NCBI GenBank assembly: GCA_964351625.1 | Contig: CAYGOV010000017.1 | Span: 4,054-68,053, forward strand | DNA: 64,000 bases | Direction: 5' to 3' | DNA from: an uncultured Marinoscillum sp. | GTDB lineage: Bacteria > Bacteroidota > Bacteroidia > Cytophagales > Cyclobacteriaceae | Shown here: positions 61,914-64,000 of the stretch, piece after piece | How the letters are laid out: each line of letters begins with the position of its first letter | Numbering within the stretch: the first letter of the stretch is position 1 | The notes under the pieces: generated by a model | Database searches by the model: none | Seen by the model: the letters and a program-made list of their open reading frames with translations, nothing else | What the model was told of the DNA's origin: nothing | Made by a program: the position numbers and the translations under genes

Positions 61914-64000
61914 CTATCTCGATATTCTGTCAACAATCAATAACATAGTCAGAAGACCAGTTGACAAACTCATTATCCTTTCAGCAGAAATACCCTCGTT
62001 TGCTGGCTTTGAAGGAATCACTACACGTGAGCCTGGTTCAATCTTAGGGTAATCTTTAAACCATAAAAAACTTTTGGTGCTTGCTTTCCTCCCATTGGGG
62101 TAACTAACAAAAGCCCTTTTCTTTCGAGCATTGTCCGTAAACCCCCCCATTTGAGAAATCACGTCCTTAAACGAATCCTTAGTATCAAAAACAGTAGTTC
62201 CAGGCTCAAATACCTCTCCGGATACAACAACTATTTGAGATATCTTTGGAATGATAATTTCATCTCCATCCTTTACATAAATATCTGCATCCGACCCAGG
62301 TTTCTTTAACAGAACCTCAAAATTAACCCCTGATATTTCCGCCCCATCGCGTAATAATCGCCCACCCTTTAGGTATGCCAATTCTGTTGTACCTCCTGAT
62401 CTTAATAAGATATCAGAAACCCGTTCATTCTTATTCTGAATTACATATTTACCAGAATATTTTACTTGCCCCACGACACTCACTGTGCTATATGGATTAA
62501 AAAAAGGAGATTGTCTAATAGTAACTACGTCAAAAGGTTCAAGCAAAAATTGGCCATCCTTATCTTGCAATTTCAAAGTTTTGTCTACCGGGAACTGATA
62601 GGTTATGGCGCTTTTCAAAAAATCATCAGAATTGTCTTCCTTAGTTCTTCTAGCAACTTCTACAAAAGACTTAGCAGCTTGCTCAGTAAAACCACCCGCC
62701 ATCATAATAACGTCCTCCACTGTCAAACTATCATGAAAGCGAATCTCCTTTGGATCTCTCACCTCTCCTTGAACACTGACACTATACATACCTCGTAAAT
62801 CAAAAATGGAGGATATAATTACTACATCATTTGCTTGAAGTTCAAAATCTGAAACCCCTGAAAGGACATTGTCAATATCAAATTCAATATTTCGTAAGGT
62901 TAAATCTTTGTTTGACCGAACCACCTGACCTCTATCCCGGAATACATCAGCAGTAATGCCTTCTGCTTTAATTATCAATTCAGATAATTTCAAACCTTTA
63001 GTGTACTCATATTCACCGGGCCTATATACAGACCCCTTAATTGTGACAAGATTTTCATATATATCAACAATTCTGGAGATTCTTATTTCATCACCAGACT
63101 CCAATTCGAAATTATTGAAGTCTTCATTTTTGATAGTGAGAATTTTCCTAGCATTTTCTGTCGTTCTTCTAATCGTAACCAACTTTGTGTAAGCCTCATC
63201 TGTAACACCTCCTGCATAGTTGATAATTGTTTGAAGACTTTCAGTATCCTTCAATTCAAAAATCGCTGAATTCTTTATTTCGCCACCGATTTTAACCCTT
63301 TTACCATAATATGGCACCCTTATTACATCTTGGTCTCTTAGAGAAACATTATTTTCTGTCTCCCCTTTCAATAAAAAATCATAAATATCAAAAGTTGTAA
63401 TCAATTTACCGGATCTGTATACCTGAATATCTCTATAGGTTCCATCTCTTGCTGGACCACCCGCTCTAAATAGAGCATGAAGTACATTGCTCATGGATGA
63501 GATAGTGTAAGTTCCCGGATTTTTTACTTCTCCTATAACATTAACCTTAATGCTCCGAATGCTACCTAGAGTCACCTGGCCATAGGTATTTTGATCTCCA
63601 TAGTTGGTATCGTTTAATCCTGCATAAATCTTAGTGAGTCTTTTTAGTAATCTCGATGATGCCTCCTCTATACTCAAACCGCTCAAAAAGACAGGTCCAA
63701 GATTGGGAATCTTTACAACCCCCTCAGGTCCAATTAGCAATTGATAGGTCTTCTCTGAAGCTCCCCAAATATCTATGATCAACTCGTCTCCTGCTCCCAA
63801 AACATAATTCTCTGGAGTTGGGATATTGACGCTTGGCGAAAAGCTTAAAGCGCTGTTATTAAAAATTTGAGCTCCGAATATTGCTCCACCAATCTCATCA
63901 TTATCCTTATTAGTGATATCTAAATCTTCTAAATCAATACCATAATCTTCAAGCTCCGCTCTTAATTGAGATTCATCAAGTTGTGAATTCGAACCTTGAG
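61914..64000 (-). CDS. Wza/SLBB-repeat polysaccharide export protein; start lies beyond the right edge
   Basis: Frame stays open past 63800 to the window end (..FSPSVNIPTPENYVLGAGDEL..); multiple V.V.GEV..PG SLBB repeats. Confidence 0.9.
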   Translation of the reverse strand, partial: QGSNSQLDESQLRAELEDYGIDLEDLDITNKDNDEIGGAIFGAQIFNNSALSFSPSVNIPTPENYVLGAGDELIIDIWGASEKTYQLLIGPEGVVKIPNLGPVFLSGLSIEEASSRLLKRLTKIYAGLNDTNYGDQNTYGQVTLGSIRSIKVNVIGEVKNPGTYTISSMSNVLHALFRAGGPARDGTYRDIQVYRSGKLITTFDIYDFLLKGETENNVSLRDQDVIRVPYYGKRVKIGGEIKNSAIFELKDTESLQTIINYAGGVTDEAYTKLVTIRRTTENARKILTIKNEDFNNFELESGDEIRISRIVDIYENLVTIKGSVYRPGEYEYTKGLKLSELIIKAEGITADVFRDRGQVVRSNKDLTLRNIEFDIDNVLSGVSDFELQANDVVIISSIFDLRGMYSVSVQGEVRDPKEIRFHDSLTVEDVIMMAGGFTEQAAKSFVEVARRTKEDNSDDFLKSAITYQFPVDKTLKLQDKDGQFLLEPFDVVTIRQSPFFNPYSTVSVVGQVKYSGKYVIQNKNERVSDILLRSGGTTELAYLKGGRLLRDGAEISGVNFEVLLKKPGSDADIYVKDGDEIIIPKISQIVVVSGEVFEPGTTVFDTKDSFKDVISQMGGFTDNARKKRAFVSYPNGRKASTKSFLWFKDYPKIEPGSRVVIPSKPANEGISAERIMSLSTGLLTMLLIVDRISR

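Noticed and set aside
63980-64000. tRNA-like TTCGAACC motif
   Set aside because: Inside the open SLBB reading frame, with no cloverleaf; no tRNA or rRNA found in the window.

Overview
Bacteroidota chromosomal window, most like a marine Cytophagales (inferred from gene content, TAnnTTTG promoters and T9SS C-terminal domains). Bases 1-31.3 kb are mostly housekeeping: def, ruvX, S41 protease, hmgA, a eukaryote-type GT3 glycogen synthase, dusB, cdsA, gdhA, psd, ribD, prmC, a TPP-riboswitch thiamine-uptake cluster, guaB, an RsbU/V/W-type module, SurA-type PPIases, MoxR and pheS. From 31.4 kb to past the right edge is an AT-richer Wzx/Wzy polysaccharide locus: SLBB/Wza, Wzz, AlgD-type GDP-mannose dehydrogenase, two GT4s, gmd/fcl, an acetyltransferase, WcaJ, WecA and four sulfotransferases. 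Embedded in it is a roughly 13 kb block encoding exported enzymes that could reverse those modifications: two T9SS-tailed sulfatases (iduronate-2-sulfatase-like and sulfamidase-like), a heparin-lyase-I-like lyase and an O-acetylesterase lipoprotein. The block also holds a 2.2-kaa modular T9SS surface protein behind a poly-G promoter tract, and an exosortase pair. The strongest candidate for an undescribed system is this 'write-and-erase' sulfated, possibly GAG-like, surface-glycan locus. All family assignments come from motif reading, not database searches.
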